A DNA stretch of 64,000 nucleotides from Candidatus Enterousia sp. (lineage in GTDB: Bacteria > Pseudomonadota > Alphaproteobacteria > Rs-D84): NCBI GenBank assembly GCA_045613445.1, contig JAZLAZ010000027.1, positions 674 through 64,673 on the forward strand, given 5' to 3'. The position numbers were made by a program, and so were the translations under genes. The notes under the pieces were generated by a model, which saw only the letters and a program-made list of their open reading frames with translations, searched no databases and was not told where the DNA came from. Numbering within the stretch: the first letter of the stretch is position 1; every line of letters begins with the position of its first letter. Below are positions 10,865-20,515 of this stretch, piece by piece.

Positions 10865-10889
10865 AAAAATCCCCATTTTGGGGATTTTT
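10865..10889. terminator. Bidirectional intrinsic terminator (AAAAATCCCC-loop-GGGGATTTTT family)
   Basis: Hairpin with A and T tracts between converging genes. Confidence 0.8.
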
Positions 10890-12418
10890 TATTTTTCAGA
10901 TATACATTTTTTATATTCATCTGGATTAGCCTTGGTCCAACATTGTTCATCCAACGACAGAATCGATTCGCTAACACCGACCAATTCACGCTGATTCAAT
11001 GGTGTTGCATCAACACATTGACCATCACTGTATACTTTACCAATTTCACATGTGATACACATACCATTCGCCCCCAGTCCCAAACGCTTTGGATGAATTG
11101 TTGCATCCGCAGATATTGCACAACTTACACATGTGTAATCACCGCTAATTTTTGGATCAGACGCGTATCCCATACCATCTTTACATACAAAAATTGTACA
11201 TGTTGCATCTGCGCTTGCATACAACTGATTGTATCTATCAGAACAAGATTTTGAACATATTTGTAATTCGTCACCTGTCTTCTGACTGCACGCAGAATTA
11301 CATTTGTCTGCAATCAGTGCATCTGTACCAGCTTCTTTTGTACGCCAATTCTTATATTCAAACTTATTGGTGTTTAATTCGTGAATTTTATTGTCGTACT
11401 TTGATCTATCAAAACCCGGACACAACAAATCCAAACCAGACAACTCAATTATTTTTGCCTGTTCCAATGCCGATTCATAGGCAGCTTTTTCAGTGTGACT
11501 GACATCCTGTACATCCGCCGTCTTTTGGCTGTATCCGATGCATCCACCATCATCACTATGTAAAAACTTTTCATTTGGACAATAATCTTTGGATTCTTTA
11601 CCAGTCCATGAAATCATTGGCCAACCTGTGTCAGCATAATTCTTGGCACTTGCCGCGCGAACAACCATTGGTTGTAATGTATATGTTACGCGCGCAATAC
11701 CATCTGTTTCAATATTTTTAATTGCCAGAACAACATCATGCTCTTGTGATTTCGACATTTTACGCAAGTCAACCTGTATACCACCAGAACACGCTGTATA
11801 ATTTCCATGAAAAAACATTGGAATACTGTTTTTTTGACCTGCGCCCTTCTTCAATGTTGCAACAGTTGAAGAATCTAATGGGTTTGCGTTTAAACCCGCT
11901 GCAATCTTTGCACGATTTTGAATTATTATGAAATCACTTCCATCACTATCAGGTTCTATTGCAGATGGGGTTGATGATGCACACTTATTACCATAATAAC
12001 CTTTTTCGCACAACCAAAAACAATTTTCGCCATTATCTTTATTGGCATCCGCCTTGGCAACATAGTTTGTAAATGGTGACTTTGTTATTCCGTTCCGATC
12101 TGCACCAACCGCAGTCTTACAGAATCTGTATCCATGATCATTCATTTCATGTGCAATCCAATACCATGCACCATATCCCAAATCCCCCTTACCAGACTCA
12201 GTAAAACTTGCCGCTAAATATTTACGCCATTTAAGATTTGTTTTAATATTTTCACTGCTGCCATCAAAACCAGCATCCGCACCACTACCTTTACATGTTG
12301 GATAACTGGCAGACACTTCCCATTTTGTACGATATGCAGCACCATCTTCTTTTGCAGCAAGGGCATCAGAAACAAATGAAATTGAAACCAACAAAGCAAC
12401 GAATGATATCTTATTCAT
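10889..12418 (-). CDS. Secreted Cys-rich protein
   Basis: Signal peptide; CFWLCEKGYYGNKC EGF-like segment; many paired Cys. Confidence 0.75.
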   Translation of the reverse strand: MNKISFVALLVSISFVSDALAAKEDGAAYRTKWEVSASYPTCKGSGADAGFDGSSENIKTNLKWRKYLAASFTESGKGDLGYGAWYWIAHEMNDHGYRFCKTAVGADRNGITKSPFTNYVAKADANKDNGENCFWLCEKGYYGNKCASSTPSAIEPDSDGSDFIIIQNRAKIAAGLNANPLDSSTVATLKKGAGQKNSIPMFFHGNYTACSGGIQVDLRKMSKSQEHDVVLAIKNIETDGIARVTYTLQPMVVRAASAKNYADTGWPMISWTGKESKDYCPNEKFLHSDDGGCIGYSQKTADVQDVSHTEKAAYESALEQAKIIELSGLDLLCPGFDRSKYDNKIHELNTNKFEYKNWRTKEAGTDALIADKCNSACSQKTGDELQICSKSCSDRYNQLYASADATCTIFVCKDGMGYASDPKISGDYTCVSCAISADATIHPKRLGLGANGMCITCEIGKVYSDGQCVDATPLNQRELVGVSESILSLDEQCWTKANPDEYKKCISEK

Positions 12419-12421
12419 TTC

Positions 12422-14893
12422 TTATTCCCCCTGAACATAATAACAAGTGTTATTTTCATAATACCCGCCAATCCATGCACATCTTTCTTGATGCCATTTT
12501 TCTGTAAATATACACTGATCTTTTTCCGCATCATACACTGCATATTCTTCGCCACCTTGGGCTTCACATTGAATTTGAACAGAATTTTGATAACAAGTAC
12601 CATACGATCCAGCAATTTTATCTGCACTTGCCCCAATTGCATCATAGAATTTCAATTCGGTTGCACCATTTAATGTTCTTGCACCATCAGAACCCGCTGA
12701 TCCCATATTACATACCTTCTTGGTCCAATCGCTGCCAGTCCCTGTTGCACCGGTATCTTCTTCACAAGTTGCATCGACCCATAAACCACCAAACTTATCA
12801 CATTCATCCGCCAACATTGTTCCCACTTCGGCATAAATTGTATCGACCAGTCTTGTAACAGTTGTATTCGGATCGATTAAAGTATCATTTAATGTACCAT
12901 CCGTGTTATTGACAGCACAATATACAGTCGCCCGTGAGTCAAAACTAGCGGCTAAATCCGCGGGTTTCATTGAACGACAGCCCCATGGATATTGATGTGA
13001 AGAATCTGACGATGCAGGCGCACATGTTTCACGAGCATACTTTGCCATCGCATCTGCGCAACCTTCTGCTATCTTGGTACTGTCAACTGTTGCAACATAC
13101 GCCAACAATTCCGATAATCCGCACTGTGTTGCATTTAAGACACGACCTTGATTATCAAAGTTACAATTTGCACCATTTCCATACAATGCAGCACAAGCTG
13201 CAACCTTGTCAGAACACATTGCACGCGCAGCATTGGCCGCAATTGCACCTGCAGACTGTGCAGATGTTGTATCAAAATCTTTTAATGCACCAGATTGTTT
13301 GTCATAACAATCACCCATTGTTGCAACGCAAGTCGATTTGACTTCTTCGATTTTTTCATCTTGAGCCTGGGCAATTTCGATAATTGCAGTACGTTTGAAT
13401 TCTGTCCAAACTGTATCAGCAATATCACGACAAGAATCCAATGCTGTTGTTGCAAACATCTTTTTCGAATCTAAGAATTTATTGAATTCTGTATTATTAG
13501 TCAATACATCACCAAATGAATCAGAACCTGAAGAATACAGATTTATCATTTCTGTCAATTTGAACAACAATGGGGAATAAATTGCTTCACCTGTTGTCTG
13601 ATTGATATATTGCCCAGAATAGTCCAAACAACGGTTATAATCCGAACCACATGCAGTATCTTGCAACATTGCACTGCGAACCTTGGAAATACATTCGTTC
13701 ACATCTGCCGAATTATGTGCACGATATTCTTCCAATCGAGCATCGCGCAACATTTTTTCCGCTTCGCGTACAGTGTTCATAATTGCTTGACGCTGAGTAT
13801 CCAACTTCTTTTCATACAAATTACAATCTTGAGTAATCATCAAACTGTATGAACTGGTTGCCATATTCAATATTGCATTTGAAGAACAAGAATCAGCAAT
13901 AATTTCTAAGCATTGTTTGTTTGATTCATTGTACAATTGCTGTCCCGACATTTCTGTCATATTTGGACCACCACGGCTGGAACCGCCACCAAATATGGAA
14001 TCAACAGAACCACCACCCCATAAATCATCCATGTCGATCGAAAAGCCATTTGTTAAACTGCTAAAATCCAAGGTATTTAATTTCTTTTCTTCTGTTTTTT
14101 TCTTTTTACCAGACAACAAATCACCAATCTCATTCAAAACAGATTGCGCGCCACTTACATCTTTTTTAATTGCAGCTTCGCCAACAGTTGCTGTATACAT
14201 TGCCTTTACTTCTGCAGCAGTTTTATCAACGGCATTCAAATTATTATCTTCAAAGCGCTGTAATAATGTTTTTACTTCTTCAAACATAGCTTCGGTTTCT
14301 TGAAACTGAGTAAACTTTTCACTGCAATAACAGCGGCGAAAAGTATCGTTTGCGTTTGCACAAAACTGATCCATACATGTCGCATAAGAATCACGACACT
14401 GTGCATATCCACCACCAATCTTAGAAATATCGTTAAATACAGCTGTTGCACGCGCCATATTTGCTACACGTGCCATCCCCATATTTGAAACAGATTTAGA
14501 AGCACTGCGCGCATTGTTTTTCATCCCAACAACTGCGCTACGCACCGGATTCGCCTTGGTTGCACTGCGAACAGTTGTCGTTGCCGAACGATTCGACACA
14601 GTTGCATGACGCGTAACATCGCGCCCCGTTCTGGCCACAGTTGATTTATTTGTCGCACCACGCGCTGTAACACTACCAGAATTACGGGCTTTGACAGCAC
14701 CACGGCTGACCACAGGTGCCGACGAACCATCACCACGCGTCATAACCCTGGACGATGAATTTCGCACTGCATTCACATCAGCAGAAACTGCACTGCGCGG
14801 ATTTGGCGCCTGATCTGCAACCCCAGATGTCGCACACAAACACATTGTCAAAACCGCAGGAAACCGATAAAAATGTTTAAACATGGCCTTCAC
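12422..14893 (-). CDS. Large secreted Cys-rich protein (paralog of 8355..10808)
   Basis: Signal peptide, R/A/S/T-rich N-terminus, CRDSYATCMDQFC...RRCYCS, ARLEEYRAHNS, CG.DY.RCLD. Confidence 0.8.
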   Translation of the reverse strand: MKAMFKHFYRFPAVLTMCLCATSGVADQAPNPRSAVSADVNAVRNSSSRVMTRGDGSSAPVVSRGAVKARNSGSVTARGATNKSTVARTGRDVTRHATVSNRSATTTVRSATKANPVRSAVVGMKNNARSASKSVSNMGMARVANMARATAVFNDISKIGGGYAQCRDSYATCMDQFCANANDTFRRCYCSEKFTQFQETEAMFEEVKTLLQRFEDNNLNAVDKTAAEVKAMYTATVGEAAIKKDVSGAQSVLNEIGDLLSGKKKKTEEKKLNTLDFSSLTNGFSIDMDDLWGGGSVDSIFGGGSSRGGPNMTEMSGQQLYNESNKQCLEIIADSCSSNAILNMATSSYSLMITQDCNLYEKKLDTQRQAIMNTVREAEKMLRDARLEEYRAHNSADVNECISKVRSAMLQDTACGSDYNRCLDYSGQYINQTTGEAIYSPLLFKLTEMINLYSSGSDSFGDVLTNNTEFNKFLDSKKMFATTALDSCRDIADTVWTEFKRTAIIEIAQAQDEKIEEVKSTCVATMGDCYDKQSGALKDFDTTSAQSAGAIAANAARAMCSDKVAACAALYGNGANCNFDNQGRVLNATQCGLSELLAYVATVDSTKIAEGCADAMAKYARETCAPASSDSSHQYPWGCRSMKPADLAASFDSRATVYCAVNNTDGTLNDTLIDPNTTVTRLVDTIYAEVGTMLADECDKFGGLWVDATCEEDTGATGTGSDWTKKVCNMGSAGSDGARTLNGATELKFYDAIGASADKIAGSYGTCYQNSVQIQCEAQGGEEYAVYDAEKDQCIFTEKWHQERCAWIGGYYENNTCYYVQGE

Positions 14894-14955
14894 TTTCTTT
14901 CTCTCTTTTATTGTATTTTATCATTTTTTGTACATTTGAATCAACAGCAAATTTT

Positions 14956-15348
14956 TTACTTTATATCCCCAGCATCAATCAATTCCATATTGATTCCCCA
15001 AAATAACGAATATTTTTCATACGCGCTGTCATATAACTTATAAGCTTCAGCATTGTTCCCACATGTCAACTGTTTATCACCATCGACCATCAGCCGCATC
15101 GATTCTAACAACAGTTGTTCAGATAACAATCTGTTTTTATCTGATTTTTTTACAATTTTATCCATCAGCTTTGATTGTATATTGTGCACTATTTTTGATA
15201 AATCAGAATCATTATTCAAATAGTCTTTGATAAACAACAAATTCATCATACCGATTGTCAAATCCTGATCCGAAGACAAATCAAGCGCATTGACTTTTTT
15301 TGCAGAATCCGCACATTCGACCATATGTTTCAAATCAATGTTTTTCAT
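14956..15348 (-). CDS. Hypothetical protein
   Basis: 130-aa ORF overlapping the rsmH end. Confidence 0.65.
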   Translation of the reverse strand: MKNIDLKHMVECADSAKKVNALDLSSDQDLTIGMMNLLFIKDYLNNDSDLSKIVHNIQSKLMDKIVKKSDKNRLLSEQLLLESMRLMVDGDKQLTCGNNAEAYKLYDSAYEKYSLFWGINMELIDAGDIK

Positions 15349-16195
15349 TATAATTCCTTTTTATTACACCACGCATATGCGCTGATCTGGCACGCGAATT
15401 ATTTGCCAGTTCTATATCAGACGGTGTTTGCGCCCGTATCATATCAAATGGGGCAGGTTGCAACATAGGTAATCGCGGATTACCTAATGGTGTTGTCCAT
15501 TCACGAAAGGTATTCTTTACAATCCTATCTTCTAATGAATGGAAAGTCACACAAATACACTTTCCACCCGAATTTAATAATTCAGGCACCGCCAACAAAG
15601 CCCGTTCTAATTCACCCATTTCATCATTCACGGCGATACGCAACGCTTGAAAAACCGGTGCAACATCATTTGGATTATAAATCAAATCACGCAATTCAAA
15701 TGTTGTCTGTGGCTTTGCCTCTTTTATCGCATTGGCCAATATATTTGCTTTTTTTACATCACCATATTTACGCAAAATATCTGCCAATTCCGCCACTGAC
15801 ATCTGTTCTATCAACTGTGCTGCAGTGGTACCAACATTAGACATACGCATATCCAATGGCGCATCAAAACGGAACGAAAAACCACGCGTTGGCACATCTA
15901 TCTGCATCGAAGATATTCCTAAATCAAACACAATTGCATCAACAGACGACTTTAATTCAGATATGCAAGAAAAAGTCTTTGGCACAAAGCGAAAACGACT
16001 TCCAAACTCGCGCTGCATTTCATTTGCATCTGCGACAACATTTGAATCTCTGTCAAAAGCAATAACATTTGCGCCAGCATTCAAAAAAGCCCGTGAATAA
16101 CCACCAGCGCCAAAAGTACAATCAATAACTGTTTTGCCAGATATATCACCCAAAGCATTTAATACACAATCCAGCAGTACAGGTACATGTTTCAT
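15335..16195 (-). CDS. rsmH: 16S rRNA m4C1402 methyltransferase RsmH
   Basis: HVPVLL, DCTFGAGGYS, DLGISSMQID...RGFSF, FQALRIAVN, TFHSLEDRIVK. Confidence 0.96.
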   Translation of the reverse strand: MKHVPVLLDCVLNALGDISGKTVIDCTFGAGGYSRAFLNAGANVIAFDRDSNVVADANEMQREFGSRFRFVPKTFSCISELKSSVDAIVFDLGISSMQIDVPTRGFSFRFDAPLDMRMSNVGTTAAQLIEQMSVAELADILRKYGDVKKANILANAIKEAKPQTTFELRDLIYNPNDVAPVFQALRIAVNDEMGELERALLAVPELLNSGGKCICVTFHSLEDRIVKNTFREWTTPLGNPRLPMLQPAPFDMIRAQTPSDIELANNSRARSAHMRGVIKRNYNEKH

Positions 16196-19100
16196 TATTC
16201 CACCTCTATCCGCAGTCCCAACGCAGCCAAATCTGCGATTGTCGTATTTCCTAGTTCAACCCCCCCAGGCAATGCCAAAGTTGCCACTTTATCAGCGCCA
16301 TGCAAATTCAATACAACCTGCGTATAACCGCGTGGCAGGGCAATAATAGCCTTTTTAACATCTTGCAACACAGCCTTATCCCGAATATCCATTGTGATTC
16401 TTTTAGCGATTTTTGCTACCCACTGCGTCAATGGGATAATAGAATCAACAAATACAGATACGCGATCATCACGATTTGATGTTTTTCCTGATATCAAAAC
16501 AACCGTTTCGCTGGACAAAATCTGAGAAAATTCAATCGCAGAATCCCCAAATGCAACTGCATCGATATTCCCTAAACTGTCGGATGCATTTATTGTTATC
16601 ATTTCTTTACCTGTCTTGGTACGACGACGGCCAAAAGAATTCACATTCACTGCAATTTGAACAGATTTTCTGTCCCCCAATGTTGCCAATGTTGCACTGG
16701 TTGCCAAACCAGCTGATTTTATCAAATGCTTATATTGATCCAACGGATGCGCAGAAATATAAAACCCAAGTGCAGATAATTCGTGTTCCAACCGTTGTCC
16801 AAATGTCCAAGGCGTTGTTTTTGGCATGTTTTTATGCAATCTATCTTCAACAACATCATCTTCTACAGTATTTGCAAACAATGACAGCATATTTGCACCA
16901 TCACGCGATTTTGCAGCATACGATAAAATTGCATCTGCATTCATATAAATCGCGGCACGATTTGATTCCAAAGAATCCAACACACCTGTTTTTGCAAAAG
17001 CTTCCAATATTCGTTTGTTCATAATCGGTGCACAACGCTTGGCAAAATCGGTCAAATTCTTAAATTTGCCATTTGCTTTTCTTTCTGCAACAATTGCATC
17101 AGTTGCAACTGTTCCAACCCCTTTTAACGCTGCCAAACCATAAACAATCTTTCCGTCACGCACAGTAAACAACGATTCGCTTTCGTTTATATCTGGTGCA
17201 ACAATCTGGATTCCAAAATTAGACTTAGCATCATCAACAAACAACGCTAACTGATCTGTATCATTCAAGTTACTGGACATTGAAGCCGCTAAAAATTCTG
17301 GGGTATAGTTTGCTTTTAAATACGCACATTGATTTGCAACGATTGAATACGCGATAGCATGCGATTTATTAAACGCATATTTTGCGAATTCCTTAAATTT
17401 TTCCCATAAATCTTTTGCCGTTGCACGATCCAGTGTTTGTTCTTTTTCGCACCCCTCATAAAACTTACCTTCCAGTTCGTTCAACATTTCAATCAGTTTT
17501 TTACCCATTGCCTTACGCACATTATCTGATTGGCCACGGGTAAATCCTGCCAATGCGCGTGTCAACTGCATAACCTGTTCTTGGTAAACGATAATGCCGT
17601 ATGTTTCTTTTAAGATTGGTTCTGCCTTTGGATGAACATATTCGATCTGTTCTTCACCATGCATACGAGCGATAAACTGAGGAATAAATGCGATTGGCCC
17701 CGGACGGTTCAATGCATTCAGTGCAGAAATTTCCAAAAAACTTGTTGGATGCATCTTGCGCAGGGTCTGTTTAACAAACGGCGCATCGAACTGGAATATA
17801 CCTTCGGTCAGTCCTGCTTGCCATAACTTCATTGTTTTTGGATCATCTGTTGGGATTTGATCTAAATCGATATTGATCCCACGCGTTTGCTGAATCAAAC
17901 GCGTTGCATACTTTAACACCACCAGCGTTTCCAATCCCAAAAAGTCAAATTTTATCAGCCCAGATTTTTCCAAATATTTTCCATCAAATTGACATGATGG
18001 CAATGGGTTCGCAGGATCACGATACACTGGTGCAATCTTGGTTGTTGGTCTGTCGCCAATAACCACACCACACGCATGCTGTCCCAAATTACGCAACGAG
18101 CCTTCCAGTTCTTCGGCAATGGTTACAACTTTATTCAAATCTTGATCATTATTCAAAATTTCCTGTATTTCACCAGACATATCCACCGCATCTTTCAATG
18201 TTTTGGCATCCTGTGGAATCAGTTTAGATAATCTGTCTGACTTAGAATAGGGCATACCATACACGCGTCCAATATCACGAATTGCGCCACGCGCCTGCAA
18301 ACTGCCAAAAGTTATAATACGGCAAACAGAATCATGTCCATATTTATCACAAACATACGCCAAAACGCGTTCGATACCTGTTGGTTCAAAATCCACATCA
18401 AAGTCCGGCATCGATATACGATCAGGATTCAAGAATCTTTCGAACAGTAATCCATATTTTAACGGATCAACATTTGTAATCCCCAGCGCCCACGCAACAA
18501 TAGACCCAGCACCAGAACCACGCCCAGGCCCAGTCAAAACATCGTTATTCCGACACCAATCGATATAATCCGCAACAATCAAGAAATACCCTGGGAATCC
18601 CATACCAATAATAACACCCAGTTCAAATTCAGCCTGTTCATAATACGGTGCCGTATCAGTAATATTATGCTGTTCCAATCTGCGCTTTAAACCCGCCATC
18701 GTATTATCGCGCAGCATTTGACATTCTGTTTCTAAATCATCCCCAAATCGTGGCAACAGCGGTTTTTCATGAACATTTACCATAAAACCACAGCGTTTTG
18801 CGATACGAACAGTGTTTTCAACTGCTTCGGGCAAATCAGAAAATATTTTTGACATCTGTTCATATGATTTAAAATACTGTTCTGATGATTTACGTGGTCG
18901 TTCTGGATCAATCACCTTGGTCTGGCCCAGTACACATCCCAACGCGTCAGCAGATTCATAGTCATTATCTGCCGCAAAACAAACATCATTTGTCGCAACA
19001 ATTGGGATATTTAATTCTTGAGCAATTTTCAAAAATCCTGGTTCTGTTTTAATTTCTGCATCCAATCCATGTCGCTGAATTTCAATATAAAATCTGTTAC

Positions 19101-19605
19101 CAAACATTTTCAAGAAATCATTGGCATACATTTGCGCCTGACTATCTTGCCCATTTAACAATGCCATACCAATTGGTCCTGTATGCGCCCCTGACAAACA
19201 AATAAGTCCATTACTGTGCGCAATCAATTCTTCCATTGTTATATACGCCCCCAAATGATGATTATCAGCCCGCATATACATGACCTTATTCAATTCGCAC
19301 AAATTCAGATAACCGTCGTGATTTTGTGCCAGCAACACAATCTTTGACAAAGATTCAGAACGCAAAATTTTTGGATCTACATTATGATGATTCAATGATA
19401 TCTCAATACCAATAATTGGCTGTAATTTATTTTTTGGCATAACATCTGAAAATTCTGCACAACCAGACATTAAATTTGTATCAGTCAGCGCACACGCAGA
19501 CATCCCAGCCGCCACACATAACGCCGGTATTTTTTTTATTGTCAGCGTACTGGCCCCAACAGAAAACCTTGAATGTGTACGAAGATGAATGAATTGATTT
19601 TCCAT
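16195..19605 (-). CDS. dnaE: DNA polymerase III alpha subunit
   Basis: FIHLRTHS PHP domain, GPGRGSGAGS, PDFDVDF, KFDFLGL, YAFNKSH. Start 19605 preferred. Confidence 0.97.
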   Translation of the reverse strand: MENQFIHLRTHSRFSVGASTLTIKKIPALCVAAGMSACALTDTNLMSGCAEFSDVMPKNKLQPIIGIEISLNHHNVDPKILRSESLSKIVLLAQNHDGYLNLCELNKVMYMRADNHHLGAYITMEELIAHSNGLICLSGAHTGPIGMALLNGQDSQAQMYANDFLKMFGNRFYIEIQRHGLDAEIKTEPGFLKIAQELNIPIVATNDVCFAADNDYESADALGCVLGQTKVIDPERPRKSSEQYFKSYEQMSKIFSDLPEAVENTVRIAKRCGFMVNVHEKPLLPRFGDDLETECQMLRDNTMAGLKRRLEQHNITDTAPYYEQAEFELGVIIGMGFPGYFLIVADYIDWCRNNDVLTGPGRGSGAGSIVAWALGITNVDPLKYGLLFERFLNPDRISMPDFDVDFEPTGIERVLAYVCDKYGHDSVCRIITFGSLQARGAIRDIGRVYGMPYSKSDRLSKLIPQDAKTLKDAVDMSGEIQEILNNDQDLNKVVTIAEELEGSLRNLGQHACGVVIGDRPTTKIAPVYRDPANPLPSCQFDGKYLEKSGLIKFDFLGLETLVVLKYATRLIQQTRGINIDLDQIPTDDPKTMKLWQAGLTEGIFQFDAPFVKQTLRKMHPTSFLEISALNALNRPGPIAFIPQFIARMHGEEQIEYVHPKAEPILKETYGIIVYQEQVMQLTRALAGFTRGQSDNVRKAMGKKLIEMLNELEGKFYEGCEKEQTLDRATAKDLWEKFKEFAKYAFNKSHAIAYSIVANQCAYLKANYTPEFLAASMSSNLNDTDQLALFVDDAKSNFGIQIVAPDINESESLFTVRDGKIVYGLAALKGVGTVATDAIVAERKANGKFKNLTDFAKRCAPIMNKRILEAFAKTGVLDSLESNRAAIYMNADAILSYAAKSRDGANMLSLFANTVEDDVVEDRLHKNMPKTTPWTFGQRLEHELSALGFYISAHPLDQYKHLIKSAGLATSATLATLGDRKSVQIAVNVNSFGRRRTKTGKEMITINASDSLGNIDAVAFGDSAIEFSQILSSETVVLISGKTSNRDDRVSVFVDSIIPLTQWVAKIAKRITMDIRDKAVLQDVKKAIIALPRGYTQVVLNLHGADKVATLALPGGVELGNTTIADLAALGLRIEVE

Positions 19606-19687
19606 GCTAAATACCATAGCAAAATGCCACACCCAAGGCAACCCAATATTTCCTAAAAAACAATAAAAAATCGCCCAAAGGCGATAT

Positions 19688-20401
19688 CTATTTCAATTTA
19701 CTTTTATATCGATTCCAATACTTCAAAAATATTGTCGTATCAGTCGTCGGATTATTCGCAATCGACAGTGTATCCCAGTCGATAACAGAACAAATATTTA
19801 ATTCATCATCAAACAAGAAATTTAACATATTCAAATCAAAATGTGCCAGCACTTGTTTTGGTTTGCGACACGGCTGTTCAACCGTTCTTCGTTGTAGACT
19901 GTATATAAATCTTTCTTTATTTGGTATATCATCTACCTTGATGCGTTGCAATTGACGAATAACGCCATGTGCTTGTTTTAATATTTTATCATAATTATCT
20001 GCGACATACTTTTTATCAAAATCAGTTATTGACTTTCCTGCAACGCGTTCACACACATACATTGGTATTTTTTTATGAACAATCACATGAGGCACAGTGA
20101 CCTTCATTCGTCGTTCGACATATTCTGATAAAAATTCAAAATCTTTTAACTGTTGAATAGTCACATTTCTGAAAACTTTTACAAAATATCTGTCATTTAC
20201 AACACATACCATACGGTTCAGTGTAATCTGACGAATAAAACGTACAGATTTTACACGCACCCCATATGTTTTCTTTACGAACCGAATAACAAATGGACGA
20301 AATAACAAAGTATTTATTCGTCCACGCCATTTTTGGCGATTTTTTGATCCATAAATAAAACAAGAAATTAAATTACTGATAAAAAACGGTATTTTATACA
20401 T
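19688..20401 (-). CDS. APH/choline-kinase-fold phosphotransferase
   Basis: HFDLNMLN catalytic loop and IDWD motif. Confidence 0.7.
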   Translation of the reverse strand: MYKIPFFISNLISCFIYGSKNRQKWRGRINTLLFRPFVIRFVKKTYGVRVKSVRFIRQITLNRMVCVVNDRYFVKVFRNVTIQQLKDFEFLSEYVERRMKVTVPHVIVHKKIPMYVCERVAGKSITDFDKKYVADNYDKILKQAHGVIRQLQRIKVDDIPNKERFIYSLQRRTVEQPCRKPKQVLAHFDLNMLNFLFDDELNICSVIDWDTLSIANNPTTDTTIFLKYWNRYKSKLK

Positions 20402-20515
20402 TTACATCCCCTAAAATCGTTAAAAATTGTAACGAATTAGCACAATTTTATCAAGAAAAACTTTCCTATGTTTCAGCAAAATAAAAACCCTGTTTAATTA
20501 TCAGGGTTTTATTTT

